A stretch of DNA of 64,000 bases from Candidatus Omnitrophota bacterium (GTDB lineage: Bacteria; Omnitrophota; Gorgyraeia; Tantalellales; Tantalellaceae): NCBI GenBank assembly GCA_043813915.1, contig JBDRKO010000026.1, positions 155 through 64,154 on the forward strand, written 5' to 3'. The position numbers were made by a program, and so were the translations under genes. A model generated the notes under the pieces. The model was not told the origin of the DNA. It did not search any database and saw nothing but the letters and a program-made list of their open reading frames with translations. Shown here piece after piece: positions 9,449 to 18,850 of the stretch (its first letter is position 1; each line of letters starts with the position of its first letter).

Positions 9449-10459
9449 ATGAATAATTTAAAAATAGCGGTTGTCGGAATAGGGAACTGGGGTAAACATT
9501 TGGTGCGTAATTATTATGATCTGGGCGTGCTATACGCATGTTGTGATTTTGATGAAAAAAAACTTGAAACGGCAAAAAAGACTTTCAGTATACCGAAAAT
9601 AACTTCTGATTTTGATTCGATCATTTCGGATCCGGATATAAACGCTGTCGTGATAGCGACCCCGGCCGTGTATCATTATGAACTGGCAAAGGCGTCGCTT
9701 GAGGCAGGGAAAGCGACTTATGTGGAAAAGCCGATGGCCCTGAAGGAGTCACATTGCGCGGAGCTTGTTAAGATCGCGGAGAAGAAAGATATTGTCCTTA
9801 TGGTAGGACACCTTATGCTGTATCATCCGGCCTTTCTAAGGGTAAAGGAATATATCGATAATGGTGAGCTTGGCGATATCTATTACGGGTATTCTGTCCG
9901 GGTTAATCTTGGCACCGTGCGAAGCGACGAAAACTCACTGTGGAGTTTTGCCCCGCATGATATCTCGATGCTCCTGTATCTTTTCGGGGCTGAGGTGGAG
10001 AGCGTTTCGGCCAGGGGACAGTCCTACCTGCAGAAGGATGTTGAAGACGTTGTGTTCTTATCACTGTATTTTAAGGACAAAAAAATGGCGCAGATACAGA
10101 TATCCTGGCTTGATCCGCATAAGGAAAGGAAACTCACCATAGTGGGGAGCAAGAAAATGCTTGTTTTTGACGACGTGGAAAGTTCCGAAAAAATAAAGAT
10201 ATATAACAAAGGTGTCGACCGGAGCGGGAAGAACGAATTCGATTCCTATGGGGATTACCTTACTTTGCGCAGCGGGGACATACTTCTGCCGTATGTTAAA
10301 ATGTCGGAGCCACTCCGGGCGGAATGTATGCATTTCCTCGATTGCGTCGAGAACAATAAAAAGCCGCTAACGGATGGAAGAAATGGTCTGGATGTGGTAA
10401 AGATCCTTGAAAAAGCTCAAGAATCTTTAAGTCAAGGGGGAATACCGGTTAAGGTGTAA
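9449..10459 (+). CDS. Gfo/Idh/MocA-family NAD(P) oxidoreductase (WbpB/UDP-HexNAc 3-dehydrogenase-like)
   Basis: LKIAVVGIGNWGKHLVRNY N-terminal Rossmann motif and a C-terminal Gfo/Idh/MocA alpha/beta domain; 336 aa. Confidence 0.6.
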   Translation: MNNLKIAVVGIGNWGKHLVRNYYDLGVLYACCDFDEKKLETAKKTFSIPKITSDFDSIISDPDINAVVIATPAVYHYELAKASLEAGKATYVEKPMALKESHCAELVKIAEKKDIVLMVGHLMLYHPAFLRVKEYIDNGELGDIYYGYSVRVNLGTVRSDENSLWSFAPHDISMLLYLFGAEVESVSARGQSYLQKDVEDVVFLSLYFKDKKMAQIQISWLDPHKERKLTIVGSKKMLVFDDVESSEKIKIYNKGVDRSGKNEFDSYGDYLTLRSGDILLPYVKMSEPLRAECMHFLDCVENNKKPLTDGRNGLDVVKILEKAQESLSQGGIPVKV

Positions 10460-10498
10460 GAGGCATAGAGCATAGAGCAAGGTAGAAAGGAGAGTTTT

Positions 10499-11080
10499 GT
10501 GATGAATAAAGATTATTTTGTTCACGGGTCAAGTATTGTCGATGACGGGGCCACGATAGGGAAGGGCACAAAAATATGGCATTTTTCACATGTTCTTACG
10601 GGCTCTGTTATCGGAAAGGATTGCCGTATCGGGCAGAACGTGGTCATAGGTCCGGACGCCAGTGTCGGCAATAACTGCAAAATACAGAACAATGTATCTG
10701 TATACAAGGGAGTTGTTCTTGAGGATGACGTTTTTTGCGGCCCGTCCTGTGTCTTCACTAATGTATTCAACCCCCGATGCGAGGTGCCGCGTATGGATGA
10801 GATCAGGGGGACTGTTGTGAAAAAAGGAGCCTCAATAGGGGCTAACGCGACGATAGTATGCGGCAATTCTATCGGAAAGTACGCGTTCATAGGCGCCGGT
10901 GCCGTAGTCACAAAAGATGTTCCCGACTACGCGCTGGTATACGGTAACCCGGCAAAATTAAGCGGCTGGATATGTGAATGCGGGGAAAAACTGGACTTAA
11001 TTTCAGGAAAAGCTTCTTGCGGCGGGTGTTCAAAGAGTTATTCTAAAGACGGTAAGATTGTCAGCAGAATAGGAGGATAG
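10499..11080 (+). CDS. Left-handed beta-helix (hexapeptide) N-acetyltransferase, WbpD/PglD-like, with a C-terminal 4-Cys tail
   Basis: Repeating [LIV]GxxxxI hexapeptide pattern ([28 protein letters not shown]...). C-terminal [26 protein letters not shown] at 10499, alternative ATG at 10502, SD AAAGGAGAG upstream. Confidence 0.6.
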   Translation: MMNKDYFVHGSSIVDDGATIGKGTKIWHFSHVLTGSVIGKDCRIGQNVVIGPDASVGNNCKIQNNVSVYKGVVLEDDVFCGPSCVFTNVFNPRCEVPRMDEIRGTVVKKGASIGANATIVCGNSIGKYAFIGAGAVVTKDVPDYALVYGNPAKLSGWICECGEKLDLISGKASCGGCSKSYSKDGKIVSRIGG

Positions 11081-11084
11081 AAGA

Positions 11085-12362
11085 ATGGGGAGAAAAGAAA
11101 TAAAAGTTTTTAATACAGGGTCAAGCACCGTAGTCGACCGATGCCAGATATGCGATAATCCTGACCTTGAGTCAATATTGTTCTTAGGATACTTGCCGCC
11201 CGTCAATACGATGAATCCTATAGGCGAAAAACCGCACCAGCAGCCCAGCTATCCGGCGCAGCTCTTATACTGTCCGAAGTGCAGGCTTGTCCAGCTAGGT
11301 CTTATTGTCGACGCGAAGATACTTTTTCCTCCGGAATATCCTTATACAAGCAGTACGACAAAGGTTTTAAGGGACAATTTTGCCGAACTATATGCCGAAT
11401 GCAGTTCTTTGCTGAAATTATCCGAAAATGATCTTATCGTAGATATAGGTTCAAATGACGGTAACCTTCTCAGCAACTTCAAGGATCACCACAGGGTGCT
11501 GGGTATAACCCCTGAAGAAATAGGCAAAATCGCTATCGAGCGCGGCATTCCGACCGTTATAGATTATTTTAACCGGGAAACCGTCGAACGTGTCTTAGGT
11601 GAACACGGTCAGGCAAAGGTCGTGACCGCTACCAACGTATTCGCGCATATAGAGAACGTACACGATATAGTCGACGGAATAACAAAACTTCTGCCATCCG
11701 ACGGTGTTTTTATCTCCGAATCGCATTATCTCCTGGCGCTTGATGATACTCTGCAGTATGATACGGTCTACCATGAACACTTGAGATATTATTCCCTGCA
11801 TAGTCTTAAATATCTTTTGGAGATGCACGGTCTTGAGATATTTCACGCGAAACGTATACTCACCCACGGCGGGTCTATACGCGTATATGCCGCGAGGAAA
11901 GGGAAATATCCCGCGGGAACTGCGGTTAAAGAACTTCTGGACGCGGAAAAAGGGAAGGTATTGAGTAAAGAAGATTTCCTCAAGTTTTCGGAACGGGTCG
12001 TGATGTCCAAACTGGGTCTTGCCGGGATCTTGGCCGGTATAAAAAAAGAAGGCGGACGTATAGCGGGTATCAGCGCTCCGTCCCGGGCCAGTACGTTGAT
12101 AAACTACACAGGGCTTGACGACGGTATTATTGATTATGTCCTGGAAATAAAGGGATCGCATAAGATCGGTAAATATATCCCGGGCACGCTTATTCCGGTA
12201 TTCGAAGAATCTAAACTATACGAAGAACAGCCCGAATACGCTCTTATTTTTTCATGGCATATAGCGGATGAGCTTATCCCTAAGATAGCCGCGAAAGGGT
12301 ATAAAGGAAAATTCATTATTCCTCTTCCGGAACCTAAAATAGTGGATAACCCCGCAGGATAG
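11085..12362 (+). CDS. SAM-dependent methyltransferase with N-terminal Zn-ribbon and C-terminal C-methyltransferase-type domain (TylCIII/NovU-like architecture)
   Basis: N-terminal CQICDN...CPKCRL (Cx2C...Cx2C), a central class I MT fold (VDIGSNDGNLL) and a ~120-aa C-terminal extension. The 425-aa size fits sugar C/N-methyltransferases with this tripartite layout. Confidence 0.5.
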   Translation: MGRKEIKVFNTGSSTVVDRCQICDNPDLESILFLGYLPPVNTMNPIGEKPHQQPSYPAQLLYCPKCRLVQLGLIVDAKILFPPEYPYTSSTTKVLRDNFAELYAECSSLLKLSENDLIVDIGSNDGNLLSNFKDHHRVLGITPEEIGKIAIERGIPTVIDYFNRETVERVLGEHGQAKVVTATNVFAHIENVHDIVDGITKLLPSDGVFISESHYLLALDDTLQYDTVYHEHLRYYSLHSLKYLLEMHGLEIFHAKRILTHGGSIRVYAARKGKYPAGTAVKELLDAEKGKVLSKEDFLKFSERVVMSKLGLAGILAGIKKEGGRIAGISAPSRASTLINYTGLDDGIIDYVLEIKGSHKIGKYIPGTLIPVFEESKLYEEQPEYALIFSWHIADELIPKIAAKGYKGKFIIPLPEPKIVDNPAG

Positions 12363-12370
12363 AAAGCATT

Positions 12371-13072
12371 ATGGGACTTGATGTTATAATACCCGTATAT
12401 AACGAAGGTGAGAACATAAGAGGTGTTCTGGATTCTCTCGGAGAGTCCGTTAAAACACCTCTTAATATACTTATTTGTTACGACAACGACGATGATAATA
12501 CCCTGGAAGAGCTTAAGTCCTATCCGAGGGATAAGTTCAGGATACTTACGATAAAGAACCGCGGAACGGGCGTTCATGGGGCTATTCTTACGGGTTTTAA
12601 AGAGAGCTGCGAAGAAGCTGTTCTTGTTATGCCCGCCGATGATACTTATAACGCCTCAATAATAGATGATATGTACCGCAAATTCACCGAAGGAAATGAT
12701 ATCGTCGCGGCAAGCCGTTTCATGCCGGGGGGATGTATGGAAGGCGCTCCTCTTTTGAAGAATATTCTTGTGAGGTGCGCGGCTTTTACTCTGTATTATA
12801 TCGCAAGGCTTCCTGTCCATGATCCGTCGAACGGGTTCCGTCTTTTTTCCCGCAGGGTCATCGATACGGTCGATATAGAATCTACTCAAGGGTTTGTTTA
12901 TTCCATCGAACTTCTGGTGAAATGCCACCGGTTCGGCTGGAAAATAGCCGAAGTCTCCGCGAAATGGTTCGAACGCACCAAGGGGAAGAGCCGGTTCAGG
13001 ATCGCCGAATGGCTCCCGTCATATCTTAAATGGTACTTCTACGCATTCCGAACTAATTTTTTACGCAAATAG
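12371..13072 (+). CDS. GT2 glycosyltransferase (small, DPM1/GtrB-like)
   Basis: LDVIIPVYNEGENI, DxD region VMPADD; 233 aa. Confidence 0.6.
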   Translation: MGLDVIIPVYNEGENIRGVLDSLGESVKTPLNILICYDNDDDNTLEELKSYPRDKFRILTIKNRGTGVHGAILTGFKESCEEAVLVMPADDTYNASIIDDMYRKFTEGNDIVAASRFMPGGCMEGAPLLKNILVRCAAFTLYYIARLPVHDPSNGFRLFSRRVIDTVDIESTQGFVYSIELLVKCHRFGWKIAEVSAKWFERTKGKSRFRIAEWLPSYLKWYFYAFRTNFLRK

Positions 13073-13154
13073 CTAAGTATAGATCTCAGGTCGTTAGGCT
13101 TATTCTTATCAGGGGATCAAGCTGCCGGGCTGTTGCTATACAAGCACTGTTTAA

Positions 13155-14123
13155 CTATAGACCCGCGTTTTCGTCGTACCATTTGACGGTGGTGAATATA
13201 CCGTCGCGCAGAGCGTGTGAGGGGGCGTATCCCAGTTTTTTTAATTTGGTAATGTCGGGACAGCGTCTGGAAGTACTGCCTGCGGAAAGTTTACCGGGTA
13301 TGATCTCGATTTTTTTTCCGTAATATTCCGCTACAAGGTATATTATTTTATTTATGGTCACTTCTTCCGATGTGCCGATATTATAGATGTTCAGGTGTTC
13401 GCCTTTTTCGATGACCTTCATCAGACCGTCGATAAAGTCGTCAATGAAAACGAACGCGCGGGTCTCTTCGCCGGTTCCCTGGATAGGGAACCGTATCGGA
13501 CCTTTGTTCTTTGAAACAAGCGCTTTCATCCTTATGGCGGATTGCGGCACTACGTGTTCGGTACCCATATCCGGTCCGTAAACATTGTGGGGCCTAAAGA
13601 TGACCGCGCGGTCAAAATATTTCCGGCCATAGTTAAGTGTCATGATCTCGCTTATTATCTTACCGGCGCCGTAAGAATACCGCGGGTTCAAGGGGTCCGG
13701 TATAGAAAGAGGCACATTTTCATTTGTCGGGACAGAAGGCGGTGTCTGGTATACTTCGGAACTTGATGCCAGTATAAGTTCTTTTATGTTGTTTTCCCTG
13801 CAGGCATCGAGGACGTTCACCATGCCTTTTACCCCTACATCCAGAACGAGCTCGGGTTTGGAATAGAAAAATTCCGTTCCGTTCACGAAAGCGAGATGGC
13901 ATACACTGTCCGCGCCTATCGCGGCTTTTCTGACAGCTTCGGCATCCCTGATGTCGGCTTCGATAAACTCTATCCTGTCTATTACATCCGTAAGACGTTC
14001 CGCCGAACCTCTTGACTGGTTGTCGAGCACACGCACGCGGTATCCCGTTTCGGCCATACGGCGGACCAGCGCGGAACCTATAAACCCGGAGCCCCCGGTA
14101 ATAAGATAAAGTTTTTTGGTCAT
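13155..14123 (-). CDS. NAD-dependent epimerase/dehydratase (extended SDR; WbpP/GalE-like nucleotide-sugar epimerase candidate)
   Basis: LYLITGGSGFIGSALV Rossmann motif, YSYGAGK (YxxxK); 322 aa. Confidence 0.6.
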   Translation of the reverse strand: MTKKLYLITGGSGFIGSALVRRMAETGYRVRVLDNQSRGSAERLTDVIDRIEFIEADIRDAEAVRKAAIGADSVCHLAFVNGTEFFYSKPELVLDVGVKGMVNVLDACRENNIKELILASSSEVYQTPPSVPTNENVPLSIPDPLNPRYSYGAGKIISEIMTLNYGRKYFDRAVIFRPHNVYGPDMGTEHVVPQSAIRMKALVSKNKGPIRFPIQGTGEETRAFVFIDDFIDGLMKVIEKGEHLNIYNIGTSEEVTINKIIYLVAEYYGKKIEIIPGKLSAGSTSRRCPDITKLKKLGYAPSHALRDGIFTTVKWYDENAGL

Positions 14124-14128
14124 ATCGG

Positions 14129-15187
14129 CTATTTATTCACCTCGATCCGTTGTTCCGATCCGTTCGATCTGCGCGCCGCGTCCAGAAGCTGCTGAACGCG
14201 AAGACTGTCTTTTAAGTCCGGTCTCTGGGGAAGGCCTGTCTCGATCCAGTCCAGGAAACGGTTCACAAGGCAGGATACAGGAGCGATACGGCTGTCCGGA
14301 TCCGGCGCTGACAATGAATGCTGACAGGTTTCTTCGATCTTAGATGTCCCGCGTTTTGCCGTAAAAATTTTAAAACCGTTGATATGATCGGAAGAAGTGT
14401 TTTCCAGGACCATCGTCCCTTCGCTTCCGTAAAATTCTATCCTGTGCCCGCCGCCCGGAATAGAATGAGTAGATATAGTGACCGAAAGAGCGCATCCCGA
14501 GGCTGTTTTAGCGGAGATAATATTAAGCGTATCTGTCCGGCGCGTATCTCCGGGCGCTTTATGCATCCGGCACGAAAGTGACGTGATGGGTCCCACGAAC
14601 CATTCAAGGTAATAGAATACATGAGACGCGAATTGGTTAAGTGTTCCGCCGCCTTCGTCTGTGCGGGTTTTCCATGAGTCCAGACCTTTTTTATTGGAAT
14701 ATGTCTCAATGTCCCACGAAACGACGATATGCCGCAGCGTTCCTATATCGCCGCGTTCCAGTATGGACTTGGCTTTTTTCCATTCGAGTATCTCCGGGAA
14801 TTCAAGATCAATCATATTGGCGGTTCCGGCTTGTACGGAAGCTTCTACTATTTTGCGTCCCGAATCCATATCGATAGAAAGCGGTTTTTCACAAAAGACC
14901 GCTTTGCCCGCTAAAAATGCTTTAATAGCTATTTCACCTTGAACAGATGGGGGAACAGCGATGGATACGGCGTCAATTTCCGGTGAATTTAACATATCCT
15001 GCCAGGAGCCGAAGACCTTCGGGATACCGAGTTTTTTAGCTGTTTCCGATGCTTTTTCAGGGTCTCCTGACGCAATAGCCGCAACTTCACATCTTCCGTC
15101 CGAACGGAAAGCGGGTATATGTGTGCTTTGCGCGAACCCTCTTCCTATAATGCCGATCCTGATCTTTTTGTTATTATGATTTGTCAT
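14129..15187 (-). CDS. Gfo/Idh/MocA-family oxidoreductase
   Basis: KIRIGIIGRGFAQSTHIPAF N-terminal NAD-binding motif; 352 aa. Confidence 0.6.
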   Translation of the reverse strand: MTNHNNKKIRIGIIGRGFAQSTHIPAFRSDGRCEVAAIASGDPEKASETAKKLGIPKVFGSWQDMLNSPEIDAVSIAVPPSVQGEIAIKAFLAGKAVFCEKPLSIDMDSGRKIVEASVQAGTANMIDLEFPEILEWKKAKSILERGDIGTLRHIVVSWDIETYSNKKGLDSWKTRTDEGGGTLNQFASHVFYYLEWFVGPITSLSCRMHKAPGDTRRTDTLNIISAKTASGCALSVTISTHSIPGGGHRIEFYGSEGTMVLENTSSDHINGFKIFTAKRGTSKIEETCQHSLSAPDPDSRIAPVSCLVNRFLDWIETGLPQRPDLKDSLRVQQLLDAARRSNGSEQRIEVNK

Positions 15188-15202
15188 TCTGCGGTCAGAA
15201 CT

Positions 15203-16420
15203 TTATACTGTCGCGGTTAAAAAGTTTTGTTTCAGGAAACCCCATACGTCCAAGATCGGTTTCCCTTTAAGGTCCAGGTCTTTATATTCTTTGTGCGGCG
15301 CGCATAACACCAGAACATCGCTTTTTGATATAACTTCTTCTAAAGGCACTAGAGACGGGTCGGTCGTTACGTGAGGATCTGTCATAAGAAGCCCTTTGGC
15401 CCGGAAGGCCAGCAGTTTTTTCAGCTTATAGCTTAAAGAAGACCTGACATCATCGCTGTCCGCCTTGAATGCCATGCCGAGAAGTCCTACGGTCGTATCT
15501 TCCAGGTCGCATTTTTGTGATAATTCCTCGACCAGATAGAGGGGCAGTCCTTCGTTGACGAGCATTGCCGCGTGTCCCAGAGAGAAGTTATTGTTATTGA
15601 ATGCCGCAAGCTGCATAGTGTCCTTAAAAAGACACGGCCCAGCCGCGAACCCCGGCCCCGGAATATTTGACGCCCGGGGATAATCCTGTTTTATCCCTTC
15701 CAGTACCTTATGATAGTCTACGCCGGCCGAATTGGCCATCATGAAGAACTGGTTTGTCGCGGCGAACTGTATGTATCTGTAAGCATTGCTGAAAAGTTTG
15801 GCGAATTCCGCTTCTATAGGAGATAATCTGACCAGAGAAGGCGCTATCTTACCGAAAAGTTCCGCTGCTTTTTCTTCTGATCCAGGTGTTGTTCCGCTTA
15901 TTATCTGCGGCAGGTTTTGCAGTTCTTTTATAGCGTATCCTTGTACGATACGTTCAGGACAGAAAGCTACGGACATTTCCTTGCCGTTCTCTTTGAGATA
16001 TTTATCCAGCCAGGTTGTCATGCCGGGGAATACCGTTGAACGGAGCACTAAAAGCCCTCCTCGGAAGAGATGGGGGAGAAGAGGCGCAAGACAATCTTTT
16101 ACGGTCTGACGGACCGGATTGAGAAATTCATCTACCGGGGTCCCTATCGTTATCACTACGGTCGAGGCTTTAGCGACATCGGCCGGATCGGAGGAAAAGG
16201 AGAGTCTTTTCTCTTTCAGGGCTTTCTTTAAAAGCGGCTCGGCATCATGTTCCATAAAAGGGAGACGGCCTTCGCTTATTGTCCGCATCGAGCCCTCGTT
16301 TATGTCGTTTATCAGGACGTTCATTCCTTTGTGAGCAAAGACTATAGCCAGAGGAAGACCTACATGTCCTGCGCCGCCGACTATACATACATCATATTGT
16401 TTTTTGTTTTCCATGGTCAT
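15203..16420 (-). CDS. Nucleotide-sugar dehydrogenase, UDP-N-acetylhexosamine 6-dehydrogenase family (WbpA/WecC/TviB-like)
   Basis: VCIVGGAGHVGLPLAIVFA (GxGxVGLP motif characteristic of the UDP-ManNAc/UDP-GlcNAc dehydrogenase subgroup); 405 aa. Confidence 0.6.
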   Translation of the reverse strand: MTMENKKQYDVCIVGGAGHVGLPLAIVFAHKGMNVLINDINEGSMRTISEGRLPFMEHDAEPLLKKALKEKRLSFSSDPADVAKASTVVITIGTPVDEFLNPVRQTVKDCLAPLLPHLFRGGLLVLRSTVFPGMTTWLDKYLKENGKEMSVAFCPERIVQGYAIKELQNLPQIISGTTPGSEEKAAELFGKIAPSLVRLSPIEAEFAKLFSNAYRYIQFAATNQFFMMANSAGVDYHKVLEGIKQDYPRASNIPGPGFAAGPCLFKDTMQLAAFNNNNFSLGHAAMLVNEGLPLYLVEELSQKCDLEDTTVGLLGMAFKADSDDVRSSLSYKLKKLLAFRAKGLLMTDPHVTTDPSLVPLEEVISKSDVLVLCAPHKEYKDLDLKGKPILDVWGFLKQNFLTATV

Positions 16421-16450
16421 TACGCCTCATATTGTGTTACGGACTATAGT

Positions 16451-17005
16451 CTAATTTATCGCTAATGTTAATTTACCTTTTGATACTGCCAACATAACGA
16501 GACCCAGGTTAAGGGCATGTGTAAATTTGTCTTCACATATGTATTTAGTCAACTCATCGATGGTACAAGTGATCACTTCGATATTCTCTTCACCCGAAGG
16601 AGAGCTTTTCGACAGTATAGCATTATCGGAAAAATAACACCACATACGGTTTGCCATACGGCCCGTATCCGGCATGAGGCACCCCAAAAGTTCAGCTTTT
16701 TCGATATAGTAACCGGTCTCTTCCAGGAGCTCACGCTTAGCGGATGCTTCGGGAGCTTCACCTTTATCGACATGTCCGCTGGGCAGCTCCAGCACATAAG
16801 CTTCCACAGCGGGGCGGTACTGTCTGATCAAAATAACCCGGTTATCGGTTGTTACAGCGAGGATGGAGACATAATCATCCGGTTTAACGGCGTAGTATTG
16901 GTGTTCTTTGCCGGAAGGGTCCATCCCCTTAAGATTCTTGGAAAGGACTTTGAACCAAGGGGTTTCGAATTCAACAGTACGTTTTGTGATCTCCGGAACG
17001 GTCAT
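16451..17005 (-). CDS. NUDIX hydrolase (nucleoside-diphosphate-sugar pyrophosphatase candidate)
   Basis: Nudix box GHVDKGEAPEASAKRELLEETGY (Gx5Ex7REUxEExGU). Confidence 0.7.
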   Translation of the reverse strand: MTVPEITKRTVEFETPWFKVLSKNLKGMDPSGKEHQYYAVKPDDYVSILAVTTDNRVILIRQYRPAVEAYVLELPSGHVDKGEAPEASAKRELLEETGYYIEKAELLGCLMPDTGRMANRMWCYFSDNAILSKSSPSGEENIEVITCTIDELTKYICEDKFTHALNLGLVMLAVSKGKLTLAIN

Positions 17006-17171
17006 TTCAGCCTCTGTGTATATCTATTGAAGTAAACAGTATCATACACTATAGGTTAAAATATCGCAATTATTTTAAACCTTGGATCGGGGCGAACGCT
17101 CAGAAGGGCTCTTACTGAGTTAAATTTAAAAAAGTTTGATTTTTCATTATCGTTCATGAGGGATTATTTGA

Positions 17172-17200
17172 TTGACAATACGGGATTTTCAAAATAATAT
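17172..17200 (+). promoter_or_regulatory. Candidate sigma70-type promoter for the GT-C gene at 17216
   Basis: TTGACA (17172-17177), 17-nt spacer, TAATAT (17195-17200); lies in the 210-bp divergent intergenic region. Confidence 0.3.
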
Positions 17201-17215
17201 ACCTACGAAGTAACT

Positions 17216-18712
17216 ATGTTAAAATACCTAAGTTATAATATACATAACCTAAGCGATAAGGGGAAGCTTTTTTTGGTCCTGGCGGTATCTTTCCTGGCCA
17301 GGATCATCAATATTACCATGCCGATCCTTGAAGGGACGGCAGCACGTCAGATACAAACTGCCGGTATCGCGAAGTTCTTTTACAATAACAGCTTCGATAT
17401 ATTGTTCCCCAGGCTGGATTTCCTGACCGGAAAAGAAAGCTGTCTTATCCTTGAACTTCCGCTGTACAACGCTATTCTGGCGTCTTTATACCGTATGACA
17501 GGCGGGGTGCATGAGTGGATGGGGCGCCTGGTGAGCATACTTTTTTTTCTCGGCGCGGGATTTTTTGTCTATTTGATAATAAAAAGGCTCTATGGCGCGG
17601 GGATAGCTCTTACGGGGCTCATCGTTTACAATCTGTCGCCTCTGGGTATAATATTCAGCCGCGCGATCATGCCGGACTCGGCAATGCTTTTTTTCTCAAC
17701 GGGAGCCGTTTATTTTCTTTTTTCTTTCGTTCAGGGCGCGAAACCGCAGAATTATTGGATATCGGCTGTTTTTACGATGACCGCTTTACTGGTCAAACCG
17801 CATTCCTTCTATATCCTGTTGCCGCTTTTATACCTGGTTTTCTACAGACAGAGAATGAGGTGTTTTCTTGATGTTAAGAATTATATTTTCGCCTTGATCG
17901 TATTGACACCGGCCTTTTTCTGGTATTCGCACGGCTCTTCGGTGCATAGTTCTTTATCAGCGGGCAAGATGATGAATTTCAGTATTTCTAACTGGTTCGA
18001 CCCGAAGTTATTCTTAAGTCCGGGTTTCTACCGGGATATATTTGAGATCTTTTCCGGGATACTATTGACGCCTGTCGGGCTTGTTCTTTTTGTTCTGGGC
18101 ATATCGGTAAAGATGCGCGACAGGATCGAGTTCGTGCTGGCAGCATGGCTGGCGGGAGTGACGCTTTACCTGACTTCGTTTAACGCGCTTTTATGGGAAC
18201 CGTATTATTATCTTTCGGTCCTGCCCATAGCGTCGATCTTCATATCCCGTGTTTTTCTTCCGCATCGGGGAGAAGGCCTTAAAAAACCGTATTTTTCGGG
18301 TAAGACCGCGAAAATACTGATCTTTACCGTTACAGCGTTATTTATAGGGAAATATGCGTTACAGGCGTATATGGTGCCGTCCGGGTACAGATATATCCCT
18401 GAAGCCGCGGAAGCGGTCAGGCGTTTAACCGGGCCCGATGATCTTGTGGTCGTATGCGAGAGGCAGGGGTCGGGAGCGCTGCTGTACTATTTTGACAGAA
18501 AAGGCTGGGTGATGCCTGTTCCTCAGGAAGAAGCCGCTTTCAAGGCCGGGATAGTGAAGGAACTGGAAAAGTTCAGATCTAAAGGGGCCGGATATTTTAT
18601 TGCCGCTGACGGAGGCAGGTTCTCGGCGGATTTTCTCGGGCGTAATTTACCGGAAAGATACGAGTTGATCGAACATCGGAAAAATAAATACGTGATCTAT
18701 AAATTAAGTTAA
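17216..18712 (+). CDS. GT-C membrane glycosyltransferase, ArnT/GT83-like (undecaprenyl-phosphate sugar dependent)
   Basis: About 11 N-terminal TM helices. First loops carry an ArnT-like pattern (ARQIQTAGIAKFF...ELPLYNAILASLYRMTGGVHEWMGRLVSILFF). C-terminal soluble domain. Confidence 0.55.
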   Translation: MLKYLSYNIHNLSDKGKLFLVLAVSFLARIINITMPILEGTAARQIQTAGIAKFFYNNSFDILFPRLDFLTGKESCLILELPLYNAILASLYRMTGGVHEWMGRLVSILFFLGAGFFVYLIIKRLYGAGIALTGLIVYNLSPLGIIFSRAIMPDSAMLFFSTGAVYFLFSFVQGAKPQNYWISAVFTMTALLVKPHSFYILLPLLYLVFYRQRMRCFLDVKNYIFALIVLTPAFFWYSHGSSVHSSLSAGKMMNFSISNWFDPKLFLSPGFYRDIFEIFSGILLTPVGLVLFVLGISVKMRDRIEFVLAAWLAGVTLYLTSFNALLWEPYYYLSVLPIASIFISRVFLPHRGEGLKKPYFSGKTAKILIFTVTALFIGKYALQAYMVPSGYRYIPEAAEAVRRLTGPDDLVVVCERQGSGALLYYFDRKGWVMPVPQEEAAFKAGIVKELEKFRSKGAGYFIAADGGRFSADFLGRNLPERYELIEHRKNKYVIYKLS

Positions 18713-18713
18713 T

Positions 18714-18842
18714 ATGAAAATAGCATTGATCAATCCTCCGCCGATCCCCAGGAGTATTTCAGAAAACTTGGATATACACGGAGAGCGCATGCTTTTTTTA
18801 AGCAGTAAAACTTATTTTCGAAGGTCCAAAAAAAACAGGTGA
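18714..18842 (+). other. 42-codon ORF (MKIALINPPPIPRSISENLDIHGERMLFLSSKTYFRRSKKNR); possible gene remnant or leader peptide
   Basis: ATG 2 nt after the upstream stop; the N-terminus resembles the start of B12-rSAM proteins (MKIxLINPP...), but the ORF terminates early and has no SD. Confidence 0.15.
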
Positions 18843-18850
18843 GGTCATAG

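Noticed and set aside
9861-10142. 93-aa + strand ORF in an alternative frame within the Gfo/Idh/MocA gene
   Set aside because: Overlaps a well-supported CDS in a different frame. Arg/Cys-rich translation typical of off-frame reading of GC-rich codons.
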